Notes: generated by a model not told the origin, from the letters alone. DNA of 64,000 bases from Clostridia bacterium (GCA_016290095.1 JAEESU010000025.1:8161-72160); one strand, 5' to 3'. Counted from the first letter of the stretch, positions 25,998 through 37,144 are shown. Numbers and translations: made by a program.

Positions 25998-28604
25998 ATG
26001 AGCGAATACAAAATTGTTGATAGCCTAGATAGCTTTAAAGAGTGCTTTGATAGAGTAAAAAAAGCTCAAGAAGAGTTTGCTAAATATAATCAAGAACAAG
26101 TGGATAAAATTTTTAAAGCTGCAGCTATTGCTGCAAATATGGCTAGAATTCCACTTGCTAAAATGGCTGTGGAAGAAACAGGAATGGGTGTTGTAGAAGA
26201 TAAAGTGATAAAAAATCATTTTGCATCTGAGTATATCTACAACAAATACAAAAATGAAAAAACATGTGACATTATAGAAGAAGATAAGGTTGGAGGATAT
26301 AAAAAAATAGCGGAACCTATAGGTGTTGTTGCTGCAGTTGTGCCAACAACAAATCCTACTTCAACAGCAATATTTAAATCATTAATAGCTTTAAAAACAA
26401 GGAATGGTATTATTTTTAGTCCTCATCCAAGAGCTAAAAAATCTACAATTGAAGCTGCAAAAGTAGTTTTAGAAGCTGCTGTTAAAGCAGGAGCACCAGA
26501 AGGAATTATTGGTTGGATTGATGTTCCATCACTTGAACTTACAAACACACTAATGCAATCTGCAGATATTATTCTTGCAACTGGTGGACCTGGAATGGTT
26601 AAATCAGCTTATTCTAGTGGAAAACCAGCATTAGGAGTTGGAGCAGGAAATGTTCCAGCAGTCATTGATGAAAGTGCAGATATTATTTTAGCAGTAAATT
26701 CAATTATACATTCTAAAACATTCGATAATGGAATGATATGTGCATCTGAACAATCAGTAATAATACTTAATAGCATATATGAAAAAGTTAAAGAAGAATT
26801 TGCAAAAAGAGGTTGTTATTTCTTAAACCCAGAAGAAACTGAAAAAGTGAGAAAAACAATTATTATTAATGGTGCATTAAATGCCAAAATAGTTGGACAG
26901 AAAGCACACACGATTGCAAGCTTAGCTGGTGTAGAAGTTCCTGAAGAAACAAAAATATTAATCGGAGAAGTTGAAAGTGTAGAACTTTCAGAGGAATTTG
27001 CTCATGAAAAATTATCTCCAGTTTTAGCAATGTACAAAGCAAATGATTTTGATGATGCAATAGCTAAAGCATATAGATTAGTTATGGATGGTGGAATTGG
27101 ACATACATCATCACTTTATATAAATACAATTACTGAAAAAGAAAAAATTGAAAAATTTTATAAAGCAATGAAAACATGTAGAGTTATAATAAATACTCCA
27201 TCTTCACATGGAGGAATTGGAGATTTATATAACTTTAGACTTGCTCCATCACTTACTTTAGGATGTGGTACATGGGGCGGAAATTCTATTTCAGAAAATG
27301 TTGGAGTAAAGCATTTAATTAATACTAAAATTGTAGCTGAGAGGAGAGAAAATATGTTATGGTTTAGAGCACCTGAAAAGGTATATATTAAAAGAGGTTG
27401 TATTCCTACAGCAATTGAAGAACTAAAATATGTAATGAATAAAAAGAAAGTGTTTATAGTTACAGATACATTTTTGTTTGAAAATGGATATACAAAAGTA
27501 GTAACAAATAAATTAAATGAATTAGGAATTGAACATACAACATTTTCAAATGTAGCTCCAGATCCAAATTTAGGATGTGCAAAAGAAGGAGCAAAATTAA
27601 TGAGTGAATTTAAGCCAGATTGTATTATAGCAATTGGTGGTGGTTCAGCAATGGATGCTGCTAAAATAATGTGGGTAATGTATGAACATCCAGAAGTAGA
27701 CTTTTTAGATATGGCAATGAGATTTATGGATATTAGAAAAAGAGTTTATGATTTTCCAAAAATGGGTGTGAAAGCATACTTTATAGCTATTCCTACATCA
27801 GCAGGAACAGGTTCAGAAGTAACACCATTTGCAGTTATTACAGATGAATCAACAGGTGTTAAATATCCTTTAGCGGATTATGAATTATTACCAAAGATGG
27901 CAATTGTGGATAGTGACATGATGATGAATGCACCAAAGGGACTTACATCAGCATCTGGAATTGATGCTTTAGTTCATTCAATTGAAGCATATGTCTCTAT
28001 AATGGCTACAGAATTTACAGATAGTATGGCATTAGAAGCTATAAAATTAATTTTTGAATATTTACCAAGAGCCTATAAAGAAGGTGCAAATGATCCTGAA
28101 GCAAGAGAAAAAATGGCACATGCTGCAACACTTGCAGGTATGGCTTTTGCAAATGCATTTTTAGGAATTTGCCATTCAATGGGACATAAACTAGGAGCTT
28201 TTCATCATTTACCACATGGTATTACAGTATCACTTGTATTAAATGAAGTAATGAAATTTAATAGTGCAGAAGTACCAACAAAGATGGGAACATTTCCACA
28301 ATATGAATATCCACACGCATTAAGAAGATATGCTGAGATTGCTGAATTTTTAGGAATTGATGGAAAAGATGATAATGAAAAATTAGAAAAATTATTAGTT
28401 AAAATAGATGAATTAAAAGAAGCAATAGAAATAAAACATACAATAAAAGATTATGGAATTTCAGAAGAGGATTTCTTAGCTACTCTTGATGAGATGTCTG
28501 AGCAAGCATTTGATGATCAATGTACAGGAGCAAATCCAAGATATCCACTAATAAGCGAAATAAAAGATTTGTATCTAAAAGTTTATTATGGAGGTGATAG
28601 ATAA
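25998..28604 (+). CDS. adhE: bifunctional acetaldehyde-CoA/alcohol dehydrogenase
   Basis: 868 aa. N-terminal ALDH domain plus C-terminal Fe-ADH domain (GGGSAMDAAK). Confidence 0.95.
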   Translation: MSEYKIVDSLDSFKECFDRVKKAQEEFAKYNQEQVDKIFKAAAIAANMARIPLAKMAVEETGMGVVEDKVIKNHFASEYIYNKYKNEKTCDIIEEDKVGGYKKIAEPIGVVAAVVPTTNPTSTAIFKSLIALKTRNGIIFSPHPRAKKSTIEAAKVVLEAAVKAGAPEGIIGWIDVPSLELTNTLMQSADIILATGGPGMVKSAYSSGKPALGVGAGNVPAVIDESADIILAVNSIIHSKTFDNGMICASEQSVIILNSIYEKVKEEFAKRGCYFLNPEETEKVRKTIIINGALNAKIVGQKAHTIASLAGVEVPEETKILIGEVESVELSEEFAHEKLSPVLAMYKANDFDDAIAKAYRLVMDGGIGHTSSLYINTITEKEKIEKFYKAMKTCRVIINTPSSHGGIGDLYNFRLAPSLTLGCGTWGGNSISENVGVKHLINTKIVAERRENMLWFRAPEKVYIKRGCIPTAIEELKYVMNKKKVFIVTDTFLFENGYTKVVTNKLNELGIEHTTFSNVAPDPNLGCAKEGAKLMSEFKPDCIIAIGGGSAMDAAKIMWVMYEHPEVDFLDMAMRFMDIRKRVYDFPKMGVKAYFIAIPTSAGTGSEVTPFAVITDESTGVKYPLADYELLPKMAIVDSDMMMNAPKGLTSASGIDALVHSIEAYVSIMATEFTDSMALEAIKLIFEYLPRAYKEGANDPEAREKMAHAATLAGMAFANAFLGICHSMGHKLGAFHHLPHGITVSLVLNEVMKFNSAEVPTKMGTFPQYEYPHALRRYAEIAEFLGIDGKDDNEKLEKLLVKIDELKEAIEIKHTIKDYGISEEDFLATLDEMSEQAFDDQCTGANPRYPLISEIKDLYLKVYYGGDR

Positions 28605-29359
28605 TGGAATTAGGTGAAATTATAGCAGAAAGAAAAACAAAAACAGTTTATAAAATAGATGGGAAAACAGTAAAACTATTTGTTGAAAATTATTCAAAAG
28701 CAAGTATTTTAAATGAAGCATTAAATCAAGCAAGAGTTGAAGAAGGAACAGATTTAAGCATTCCAAAGCTCCTTTCAGTTACTCAAATTGAAAATAGATG
28801 GGCAATAATTTCTGAACATATAGAAGGAACACCTCTAAATAAATTAATGGAAGAAAATCCTGAAAGAATGGATGAATATTTGAATTTATTTGTGGAAATA
28901 CAATTGGAAGTTTTATCAAAAAGAGTTCCATTATTAACACCAATAAAAGATAAATTTAGAAGAAAACTTACAGAAGCAACTAATATAAATGAGAATATAA
29001 GATATGAGTTATTGCAAAGATTGGAAGGAATGAAAAATCATACTAAATTGTGTCATGGAGATTTTAACCCAAGTAATATTGTAATTAAAGGAGATGGAAG
29101 TTATGCAATATTAGATTGGGCTCATGTAACACAAGGAAATGCGTCAGCAGATAGTGCAAGAACATTTTTATTATTCTCTATGCAAGGACAAAATGAAATT
29201 GCTGAAAAATATTTAAATTTATTTTCTGCAAAAAGTGGAATTGAAAAAAGCAATATTCAAAGATGGATTCCAATTGTTGCTGCAACACAGATGACAAAAG
29301 GAAAAGAAGATGAGCAAGAGTTTTTAAGTAAATGGATTGATATCGTTGATTTTCAATAA
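28604..29359 (+). CDS. phosphotransferase-family (APH-like) kinase
   Basis: CHGDFNPSNIVI and ILDWAH motifs. ATG overlaps the adhE stop (TAATG). Confidence 0.7.
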   Translation: MELGEIIAERKTKTVYKIDGKTVKLFVENYSKASILNEALNQARVEEGTDLSIPKLLSVTQIENRWAIISEHIEGTPLNKLMEENPERMDEYLNLFVEIQLEVLSKRVPLLTPIKDKFRRKLTEATNINENIRYELLQRLEGMKNHTKLCHGDFNPSNIVIKGDGSYAILDWAHVTQGNASADSARTFLLFSMQGQNEIAEKYLNLFSAKSGIEKSNIQRWIPIVAATQMTKGKEDEQEFLSKWIDIVDFQ

Positions 29360-29381
29360 ATGAATTTATAAAATTATACAC

Positions 29382-29417
29382 AAAGAAGATGAGTAATATT
29401 ATTCATCTTCTTTTTAT
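29382..29417 (+). terminator. intrinsic terminator
   Basis: AAAGAAGATGA...TCATCTTCTTT stem followed by a T-rich run. Confidence 0.7.
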
Positions 29418-29695
29418 TATATTTTTTTAAAAATATGATAAAAAATTCCAAAAATAAAAGTAGGAATTATTATCGATTTTTAATACAAAGCTTTAAAATA
29501 AGTAATCAATTTTGACAAATTCTAAAAATGTAATCAAAAAGAAATATTTAAATTGGCAAAAAATCACCTATGCTTAGAAGTGAGTGCTAAAAGTGATTTA
29601 ACACAATTTTAACAATTCAAAAAAACAAAAAGACAAAACCTTAAACACTAGTAAAATATAGATATGCGCAATTTGTAAACATAAAAACTATTAAT

Positions 29696-29723
29696 TTGAC
29701 ATTACTGTTAAACATGGTAAAAT
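29696..29723 (+). promoter_or_regulatory. candidate promoter of nrdDG
   Basis: TTGACA, 16 nt spacer, TAAAAT, with TG upstream of the -10. Confidence 0.5.
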
Positions 29724-29768
29724 CAATTCATCAAATAAATGATGAATATCTTATGTGGGGGTTACGCT

Positions 29769-31964
29769 ATGAAAGTTGTAAAAAGAGACGGAACAATAGT
29801 TGATTACAATTCAGAAAAAATAAGAATTGCAATTCAAAAAGCAAACGCAGAAGTTCCAAGAAAAGAGAAATGTACAAAAGAGAATATTGAAGAAATTATC
29901 AAATATATTGAGGAGCTTGGTAAATCTAGAATACTAGTTGAAGATATTCAAGACATCATAGAAGAAAAATTGATGGAAATGGGAAAATATCAACTAGCAA
30001 AAAAATATATAACATATCGTTATACTAGATCATTAGTAAGACAAGCTAACACTACTGACCAAACAATTAAAGAATTAATTGATGGTGAAAGTGATTATTG
30101 GAATAATGAGAATTCAAATAAAAATGCTAAAGTTGTTACAACTCAAAGAGATTATTTAGCAGGTATAACTAGTACAGATATTACTAGAAGATTCTTATTA
30201 CCAGAGGATGTTGTTAAAGCTCATGATGAAGGAATTATTCACTTCCATGATGCAGACTATTTTGCACAAAATGCATTACACAACTGTGATTTAATCAACT
30301 TAGATGATATGCTACAAAATGGTACAAATATTAACGGCGTTTTGATTGAAAAACCCCACAAGTTTTTAACTGCAATGACAATTGCAACACAAATTATAAC
30401 AGCAGTTACATCTAGCCAATATGGTGGAGCGACTGTTACAATGACACATTTAGCACCATTTGTAAGAGAAAGTTATACAAGATATTTGAAAAAATATCAA
30501 GAGAGAAAACTTACAAAAGCTCAATGTGAAAAATTTGCTAAAGAAGATTTGAAAAAAGAAATAAGTGATGGTGTACAAACATTCCAATACCAAATAAATT
30601 CTATGACAACAACAAATGGTCAATCTCCATTCTTAAGTGTTGCTTTATATTTAGGAGAAACAGAAGAATATAAAGAAGAATTAGCAATGATTATTGAAGA
30701 AATGTTAAATCAAAGAATATTAGGAATGAAGAATGAAAAAGGGGTTTATATTACACCAGCATTTCCAAAACTATTATATGTTCTTGAAGAAGACAACATT
30801 CATAAAAATAGCAAATATTACTATTTAACAGAATTAGCTGCTAAATGTACTGCAAAGAGAATGGTTCCAGACTATATTTCTGAAAAAGTAATGAAACAAT
30901 TAAAGAAAAATGAGTTTGGAGAAGGAGAATGTTATCCATGTATGGGTTGTAGATCATTCTTAACTCCAGATAGAGGTATTAGCAGAGGAAATGTAGCTAA
31001 GGCTAAAAATTATGTTCCTGGAAAAGGAAAATATTATGGTAGATTCAACCAAGGTGTTGTAACAATAAACTTAGTTGATGTTGCATTATCTTCAGATAAA
31101 GATATGGATGTATTCTGGAAAATTTTTGAAGAAAGATTGGAATTATGTCATAAAGCATTAAAATTAAGACATGAAAGATTATCAAAAGCTACAAGCGATG
31201 TTGCACCAATATTATGGCAACATGGTGCTTTAGCAAGACTTGAAAAAGGTGAAAGCATTCACGATTTACTACATGGTGGATATTCTACAATTTCTTTAGG
31301 CTATGCAGGTTTATATGAATGTGTTAAATTCATGACAGGACATAGTCATACAGATGGTGGTAAAGGAAAGAAATTTGGCCTTGAAGTAATGCAAAAAATG
31401 AATGACAAATGTAAAGAATGGAAAGCAGCAGAAGATATAGATTATAGTGTTTATGGAACACCAATTGAATCAGCAACATATAAATTTGCTAAATGCTTAC
31501 AAAAGAGATTCGGAGAAATTAAAGGAATTACAGATAGAGGATATATTACTAACTCATATCATGTTCCTGTATTTGAAGAAATCGATGCATTTACAAAATT
31601 AAAATTAGAAAGTGAATTCCAACAATTAAGTCCTGGTGGAGCAATATCATATATTGAAACACCAAACTTACAAAATAACTTAGAAGTTGTTATGCAAGTT
31701 ATCCAATTCATATATGACAATATTATGTATGCAGAATTAAATACAAAATCAGACTACTGTCAAAAATGTGGATTTGATGGAGAAATATTAATTGATGATA
31801 AATTAGAATGGTACTGTCCAAATTGTGGAAATAGAGACCATAGAACTTTAAATGTAGCTAGAAGAACTTGTGGTTACATTGGAAGTAATTTCTGGAACAA
31901 AGGAAGAACGCAAGAAATTAAAGAAAGAGTATTGCATATAGATAATAAAGACGTAGAAGAATAG
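29769..31964 (+). CDS. nrdD: anaerobic ribonucleoside-triphosphate reductase
   Basis: ATP-cone N-terminus (VVKRDGTIVDYNSEKI). C-terminal Cys cluster and glycyl-radical motif RRTCGYIG. Start moved to ATG 29769. Confidence 0.93.
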   Translation: MKVVKRDGTIVDYNSEKIRIAIQKANAEVPRKEKCTKENIEEIIKYIEELGKSRILVEDIQDIIEEKLMEMGKYQLAKKYITYRYTRSLVRQANTTDQTIKELIDGESDYWNNENSNKNAKVVTTQRDYLAGITSTDITRRFLLPEDVVKAHDEGIIHFHDADYFAQNALHNCDLINLDDMLQNGTNINGVLIEKPHKFLTAMTIATQIITAVTSSQYGGATVTMTHLAPFVRESYTRYLKKYQERKLTKAQCEKFAKEDLKKEISDGVQTFQYQINSMTTTNGQSPFLSVALYLGETEEYKEELAMIIEEMLNQRILGMKNEKGVYITPAFPKLLYVLEEDNIHKNSKYYYLTELAAKCTAKRMVPDYISEKVMKQLKKNEFGEGECYPCMGCRSFLTPDRGISRGNVAKAKNYVPGKGKYYGRFNQGVVTINLVDVALSSDKDMDVFWKIFEERLELCHKALKLRHERLSKATSDVAPILWQHGALARLEKGESIHDLLHGGYSTISLGYAGLYECVKFMTGHSHTDGGKGKKFGLEVMQKMNDKCKEWKAAEDIDYSVYGTPIESATYKFAKCLQKRFGEIKGITDRGYITNSYHVPVFEEIDAFTKLKLESEFQQLSPGGAISYIETPNLQNNLEVVMQVIQFIYDNIMYAELNTKSDYCQKCGFDGEILIDDKLEWYCPNCGNRDHRTLNVARRTCGYIGSNFWNKGRTQEIKERVLHIDNKDVEE

Positions 31965-31975
31965 AGGCGATTCTT

Positions 31976-32470
31976 ATGAGATATAACAAAATTAGAAAAA
32001 TGGATATTGCAGATGGTCCAGGAGTAAGAGTTTCAATCTTTACACAAGGATGCGCATTTAATTGTAAAAATTGTTTCAATCCAGAAACACATGATTTTAC
32101 AGCTGGAAAAGAGTTTACAGATGAAACATTAAATAAAATCTTGGATTTATGTGGCAATGAGAATATAGAAGGACTTTCAATACTAGGTGGAGAACCAATG
32201 CATCCAAACAATATTGAAGGAACAACAAAGCTTGCTAAAGCATTTAAGGAAAAATATCCAAACAAAACTCTTTGGGCTTGGTCAGGATTCAAATTTGATG
32301 AATATATAAAAGACAAAGAAGTTTCAAATTACTTAGATGTTGTAGTAGATGGACAGTATGTAGATGCTTTAAGAGATCCTAAACTTCATTGGAAAGGGTC
32401 TGCAAACCAAAGAGTAATTGATGTACAAAAGTCAAAGCAAGCAGGAGATGTCATATTATTTAATGATTAA
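31976..32470 (+). CDS. nrdG: anaerobic RNR activating protein (radical SAM)
   Basis: GCAFNCKNCFNPETH cluster. Adjacent to nrdD. Confidence 0.9.
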   Translation: MRYNKIRKMDIADGPGVRVSIFTQGCAFNCKNCFNPETHDFTAGKEFTDETLNKILDLCGNENIEGLSILGGEPMHPNNIEGTTKLAKAFKEKYPNKTLWAWSGFKFDEYIKDKEVSNYLDVVVDGQYVDALRDPKLHWKGSANQRVIDVQKSKQAGDVILFND

Positions 32471-32476
32471 TGCATT

Positions 32477-32508
32477 AAAGAGATAACCGCAAGGTTATCT
32501 CTTTTTTT
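32477..32508 (+). terminator. intrinsic terminator of nrdDG
   Basis: AAAGAGATAACC-gcaa-GGTTATCTCTTT followed by a T-run. Confidence 0.85.
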
Positions 32509-32521
32509 GAACATAAGTGAT

Positions 32522-32550
32522 TTGCAAAAATCATGTAAAAGTGATACAAT
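32522..32550 (+). promoter_or_regulatory. promoter of GC-rich cassette 3
   Basis: TTGCAA, 17 nt spacer, TACAAT. Confidence 0.55.
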
Positions 32551-32666
32551 ATAAGTATTCCCAGTTGAATTGCCTATACTTACAAATTATGCTAATGCAT
32601 ATATGTAATGAAAGGCATTCAAAAGTCACCCGAATCAACCAACCGACGAACAAAGGAGAGAGAACA

Positions 32667-32969
32667 ATGGTGAACACCGAACTGGAACGCAAGAACGACA
32701 AGGAACCCAAGTACCTGAACATCGTTCTCATGTGCGTGGAACAGCGCATGCCTGTCATGATGATGGCTTCCAGCGATTATTATGACTGCGCCATGAGCGG
32801 TGAGACCCTGACCGTCCGCATCACGGACAAGCAGCTGAGGAAGATCCTCAAGAAGTTCAAGAGGCTCGTTCTGCAGCTTCGCTTCCATGATGAGTACGAG
32901 GGGGACTACACCGTGAAGGACATCACCTACGTTAACGGCCGCATGGAGGTGGTGTTGAGCTTCGCGTGA
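32667..32969 (+). CDS. GC-rich cassette 3: hypothetical soluble protein (100 aa)
   Basis: AAGGAGAG SD before ATG 32667. The compositional shift begins only shortly upstream (about 32620), so the track start 32517 is rejected. No family recognised. Confidence 0.6.
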   Translation: MVNTELERKNDKEPKYLNIVLMCVEQRMPVMMMASSDYYDCAMSGETLTVRITDKQLRKILKKFKRLVLQLRFHDEYEGDYTVKDITYVNGRMEVVLSFA

Positions 32970-32977
32970 TGGACGAA

Positions 32978-33012
32978 GGTCTGTGCAAGTGCTACTTGCA
33001 CGGACCTTTTTA
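32978..33012 (+). terminator. GC-rich terminator of cassette 3
   Basis: GGTCTGTGCAAG-tgcta-CTTGCACGGACC followed by T5. Confidence 0.85.
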
Positions 33013-33051
33013 TATATTTATTAATATAAAACAAAATAACATAAAACTAAT

Positions 33052-33080
33052 TTGCAATAATTATGTAAATATGCTATAAT
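33052..33080 (+). promoter_or_regulatory. promoter of GC-rich cassette 4
   Basis: TTGCAA, 17 nt spacer, TATAAT with an extended TGC. Confidence 0.65.
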
Positions 33081-33125
33081 ATATATCATGCGGAATAACC
33101 AAAATACGAGAAAGGAGGCATTAAT

Positions 33126-33401
33126 ATGCCTAATACCGCAGAAATTCTTTTCGAACAACATGTAGAAAACTTCGGTACACCCATCGCACGGCTGAACGAA
33201 TTCGACTCTATGAAAGGAAATCCGGCAGTTGATCTTTTCTGGGCACCATGCAAAAACTGGAATGAAGCACTTCTCAGAAACTGGCTTCCGTTCCCAGTAA
33301 GATATGCAGGCCCATTCAAGGGAGACAGCATTCCTTTCGTGGAAAAAGAAAAACAGCCGCATGAGGGTGGATTCCTGGTGGTTCTGCCTGTTGCCAAATA
33401 A
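33126..33401 (+). CDS. GC-rich cassette 4: hypothetical protein (91 aa)
   Basis: AAGGAGG SD. The ORF exactly fills the GC-rich block. No family recognised. Confidence 0.6.
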   Translation: MPNTAEILFEQHVENFGTPIARLNEFDSMKGNPAVDLFWAPCKNWNEALLRNWLPFPVRYAGPFKGDSIPFVEKEKQPHEGGFLVVLPVAK

Positions 33402-33417
33402 AATTATGCGGAAAAAA

Positions 33418-33450
33418 GGGGAGACTAAAAATCTCCCCGCTTTTTATTTT
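33418..33450 (+). terminator. terminator of cassette 4
   Basis: GGGGAGA-ctaaaaa-TCTCCCC followed by a T-run. Confidence 0.85.
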
Positions 33451-33468
33451 AACGTTGATTATAAAGAC

Positions 33469-33497
33469 TTGAAAATATTATGTAAACATGATAGAAT
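33469..33497 (+). promoter_or_regulatory. promoter of GC-rich cassette 5
   Basis: TTGAAA, 17 nt spacer, TAGAAT. Confidence 0.55.
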
Positions 33498-33600
33498 AAT
33501 ATTGTAACCCGTTGAAATATCTTTTACTTACTAAGTGTGTGACTACACAAATGTAATAAAAGATATTCAACCCCCTTATCTATCCGAGAGGAGTATCAGA

Positions 33601-33795
33601 ATGAGGAATAACAAGGCCAAGAGGTTTCGGAACATGAATTACAAGAGGATCTACAAGGGCATCGACGACTCCCAGCTCAACTACTTGAGCAATCTCAAGA
33701 CCGAGTCCCACGCTGTGGTTTGCCTTCAGAAGTTCCCGGTGGTTAAATCCACATCTTTTGAGGCCGAAGCCAAGGCGTTTGACATCTACAAGTAA
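33601..33795 (+). CDS. GC-rich cassette 5: small basic protein (64 aa)
   Basis: GAGAGGAG SD before ATG 33601. N-terminus is MRNNKAKRFRNMNYKR. Confidence 0.55.
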   Translation: MRNNKAKRFRNMNYKRIYKGIDDSQLNYLSNLKTESHAVVCLQKFPVVKSTSFEAEAKAFDIYK

Positions 33796-33810
33796 GAAAG
33801 GGGGGAGAAA

Positions 33811-33845
33811 AATCCGTGTGTGCAATGCACACACGGATTTTTTAT
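33811..33845 (+). terminator. terminator of cassette 5
   Basis: ATCCGTGTGTGCA-a-TGCACACACGGAT followed by a T-run. Confidence 0.9.
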
Positions 33846-33853
33846 AATTGGTA

Positions 33854-33882
33854 TTGATTATGTAAAAAATACATGATATAAT
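33854..33882 (+). promoter_or_regulatory. promoter of the 32-aa peptide gene
   Basis: TTGATT, 17 nt spacer, TATAAT with an extended TGA. Confidence 0.6.
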
Positions 33883-33912
33883 TCTTCTGTAGTTAATTCT
33901 TGAGGAGATAAA

Positions 33913-35347
<1,435 letters not shown>

Positions 35348-35356
35348 GGAGTTAAA

Positions 35357-36712
35357 ATGGAAGAGAGTTTAATTAATATTAGCCCTGTTGATGGCAGATA
35401 TAGAGAACATACAGAAGAAGTAAGAAAATATTTTAGTGAATATTGCTTAATAAAAAATAGAATTATAGTTGAAATAAAATGGCTTCAGAAGATGTCAGAA
35501 GTTCCAGAAATCGATTTTAAATTATCAAATGAAGAATATGATGTTCTTGAAAGTATTACTTCTAAATTTGATTTAAATGAGAGCAAAAGAGTAAAAGAAA
35601 TTGAAGATATAACAAAACATGATGTAAAAGCTGTTGAATATTATATTAATGAGAAATTAAAGGAAAATGGGTTAGAAAAATATTCTCCTTTTGTACATTT
35701 TGCTTGTACATCTGAAGACATTAACAATTTAGCATATGGGATAATGATAAAAGAATTATTAGATAATGTATATTTTAAAAATGCTGAAAACCTTATTAAT
35801 CTATTAAAAGAAAAATCAAGAGAATATTCTGGAATACCAATGCTTTCTCATACACATGGACAACCAGCTACACCAACTACTGTTGGAAAGGAATTAGCTA
35901 ATTTTGCATATAGAATGAATAAGATTCTTGAAAAAATAAAAAGTGAAAAATTAGCTGGTAAATTTAGTGGAACAGTTGGTAATTTTAATAGCCATATCAT
36001 AGCTTATCCTAATATTGATTGGTTAAAAATAAATAAAGAATTTGTGGAGAGTTTTGGGCTTGAGTTCAATAAATATACTACACAAATAGAATCACATGAT
36101 AACATTTGTATTATTTTTTCAGAAATAAAATTACTAAATAATATTATTTTAGATTTTGATAATGATATGTGGATGTACATTAGTAGAAACTATTTTATAC
36201 AAGAAAATATTTCTGGGGAAGTTGGATCATCAATTATGCCACATAAAATTAATCCAATAAATTTCGAAAATTCAATGGCAAATTGTAAAATGTCAAATGG
36301 TGTATTAGAAGTATTTTTAAATAATCTTCAAATATCAAAAATGCAAAGAGATTTAAGTGATTCATCTATACTAAGAAATATAGGTATGGCAATTGCTTAT
36401 TCTATAATTGCTATAAAGCAGTCAGTAAAAGGAATAAAAAGAGTTAAAGTAAATGAAGATGTTTTGACTAGAGAGTTAGAGGAAAATCCAGAAATTATTG
36501 CAGAGGCTATACAAACTATATTAAGAAAAAATGGATATCAAAATGCATATGATATTTTGAAAGAGATGACAAGAGGCAAAGTGGTTACATTAGAAAGTAT
36601 GAGAGATTTTATTAGTAAGTTAGAAATAAACCAAGATGATAAGAATAGATTAATGGAATTAGTTCCTCAGAAATATTTAGGACTTGCAAAAGAGCTATCA
36701 GAGGGAGTATAA
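35357..36712 (+). CDS. purB: adenylosuccinate lyase
   Basis: Fumarate-lyase signature GSSIMPHKINPINFEN. Confidence 0.93.
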   Translation: MEESLINISPVDGRYREHTEEVRKYFSEYCLIKNRIIVEIKWLQKMSEVPEIDFKLSNEEYDVLESITSKFDLNESKRVKEIEDITKHDVKAVEYYINEKLKENGLEKYSPFVHFACTSEDINNLAYGIMIKELLDNVYFKNAENLINLLKEKSREYSGIPMLSHTHGQPATPTTVGKELANFAYRMNKILEKIKSEKLAGKFSGTVGNFNSHIIAYPNIDWLKINKEFVESFGLEFNKYTTQIESHDNICIIFSEIKLLNNIILDFDNDMWMYISRNYFIQENISGEVGSSIMPHKINPINFENSMANCKMSNGVLEVFLNNLQISKMQRDLSDSSILRNIGMAIAYSIIAIKQSVKGIKRVKVNEDVLTRELEENPEIIAEAIQTILRKNGYQNAYDILKEMTRGKVVTLESMRDFISKLEINQDDKNRLMELVPQKYLGLAKELSEGV

Positions 36713-36735
36713 TATATGTATATATGTAAGAGAGG

Positions 36736-37080
36736 ATGTTAAAGATTAAGATGAATCTAAACATGCAAGATCAAGTATTAATAGAAAACAAACTATTACC
36801 TGCGATTTTAACTTTTTATGAATTGCCAGATAGAGAAAAGGCTGAAATTTTTGTAAGAGAGTTTTTTGCAAAGTATTGTGAAGAGAGAAATTTAGATAGA
36901 AAAGCTGTATATAGCTTTTTGCAACAAAGAATAAAAGATATGTCAGAATTTAATAAAAATATTAGTCCAAAACTAGCTGATGAATTAGGCTCAATAGTGC
37001 TTACAGAAAAAGAAAGAGGAAAAGCAAGGAACCCTAGAACGCCAAAAGCTAAGAGAAAAAACGATGATGATGCTAGATAA
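36736..37080 (+). CDS. hypothetical small protein ending ..KRKNDDDAR (start uncertain: 36736, 36751 or 36763)
   Basis: ORF of about 105-114 aa. Basic C-terminal stretch followed by the DDDAR-stop tail. No family recognised. Confidence 0.55.
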   Translation: MLKIKMNLNMQDQVLIENKLLPAILTFYELPDREKAEIFVREFFAKYCEERNLDRKAVYSFLQQRIKDMSEFNKNISPKLADELGSIVLTEKERGKARNPRTPKAKRKNDDDAR

Positions 37081-37088
37081 AAAATATA

Positions 37089-37116
37089 TTGCAAAAATTA
37101 ATTAATGTGATATAAT
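37089..37116 (+). promoter_or_regulatory. promoter of the perR-rbr operon
   Basis: TTGCAA, 16 nt spacer, TATAAT with an extended TGA. Confidence 0.6.
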
Positions 37117-37127
37117 GCTCCTATAAG

Positions 37128-37144
37128 TTAGGAATGATTCCTAA
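37128..37144. promoter_or_regulatory. perfect 8-1-8 palindrome, candidate Fur/PerR-family operator
   Basis: TTAGGAAT-G-ATTCCTAA lies just downstream of the -10 and upstream of the Fur-family gene. Confidence 0.55.

Noticed and set aside
29560-29700. NrdR boxes upstream of nrdD (ACACTAGTAAAATATA, ACACAATTTTAACAAT).
   Set aside because: There are only half-site-level matches to the ACACNANATATNTGTGT-type palindrome, and the spacing between candidates is atypical. This is not convincing without a genome-wide motif model.
32517-32666. N-terminal extensions given by the ORF track for the cassette genes (32517, 33535, 42569) and for housekeeping genes (1847, 6947, 8201, 9002, 13089, 22938, 29739, 33995, 38133, 39366, 41220, 57146).
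   Set aside because: The extensions are AT-rich leader sequence without an SD, often overlapping the predicted promoter. Internal ATGs with canonical SD spacing match the conserved N-termini of the families.
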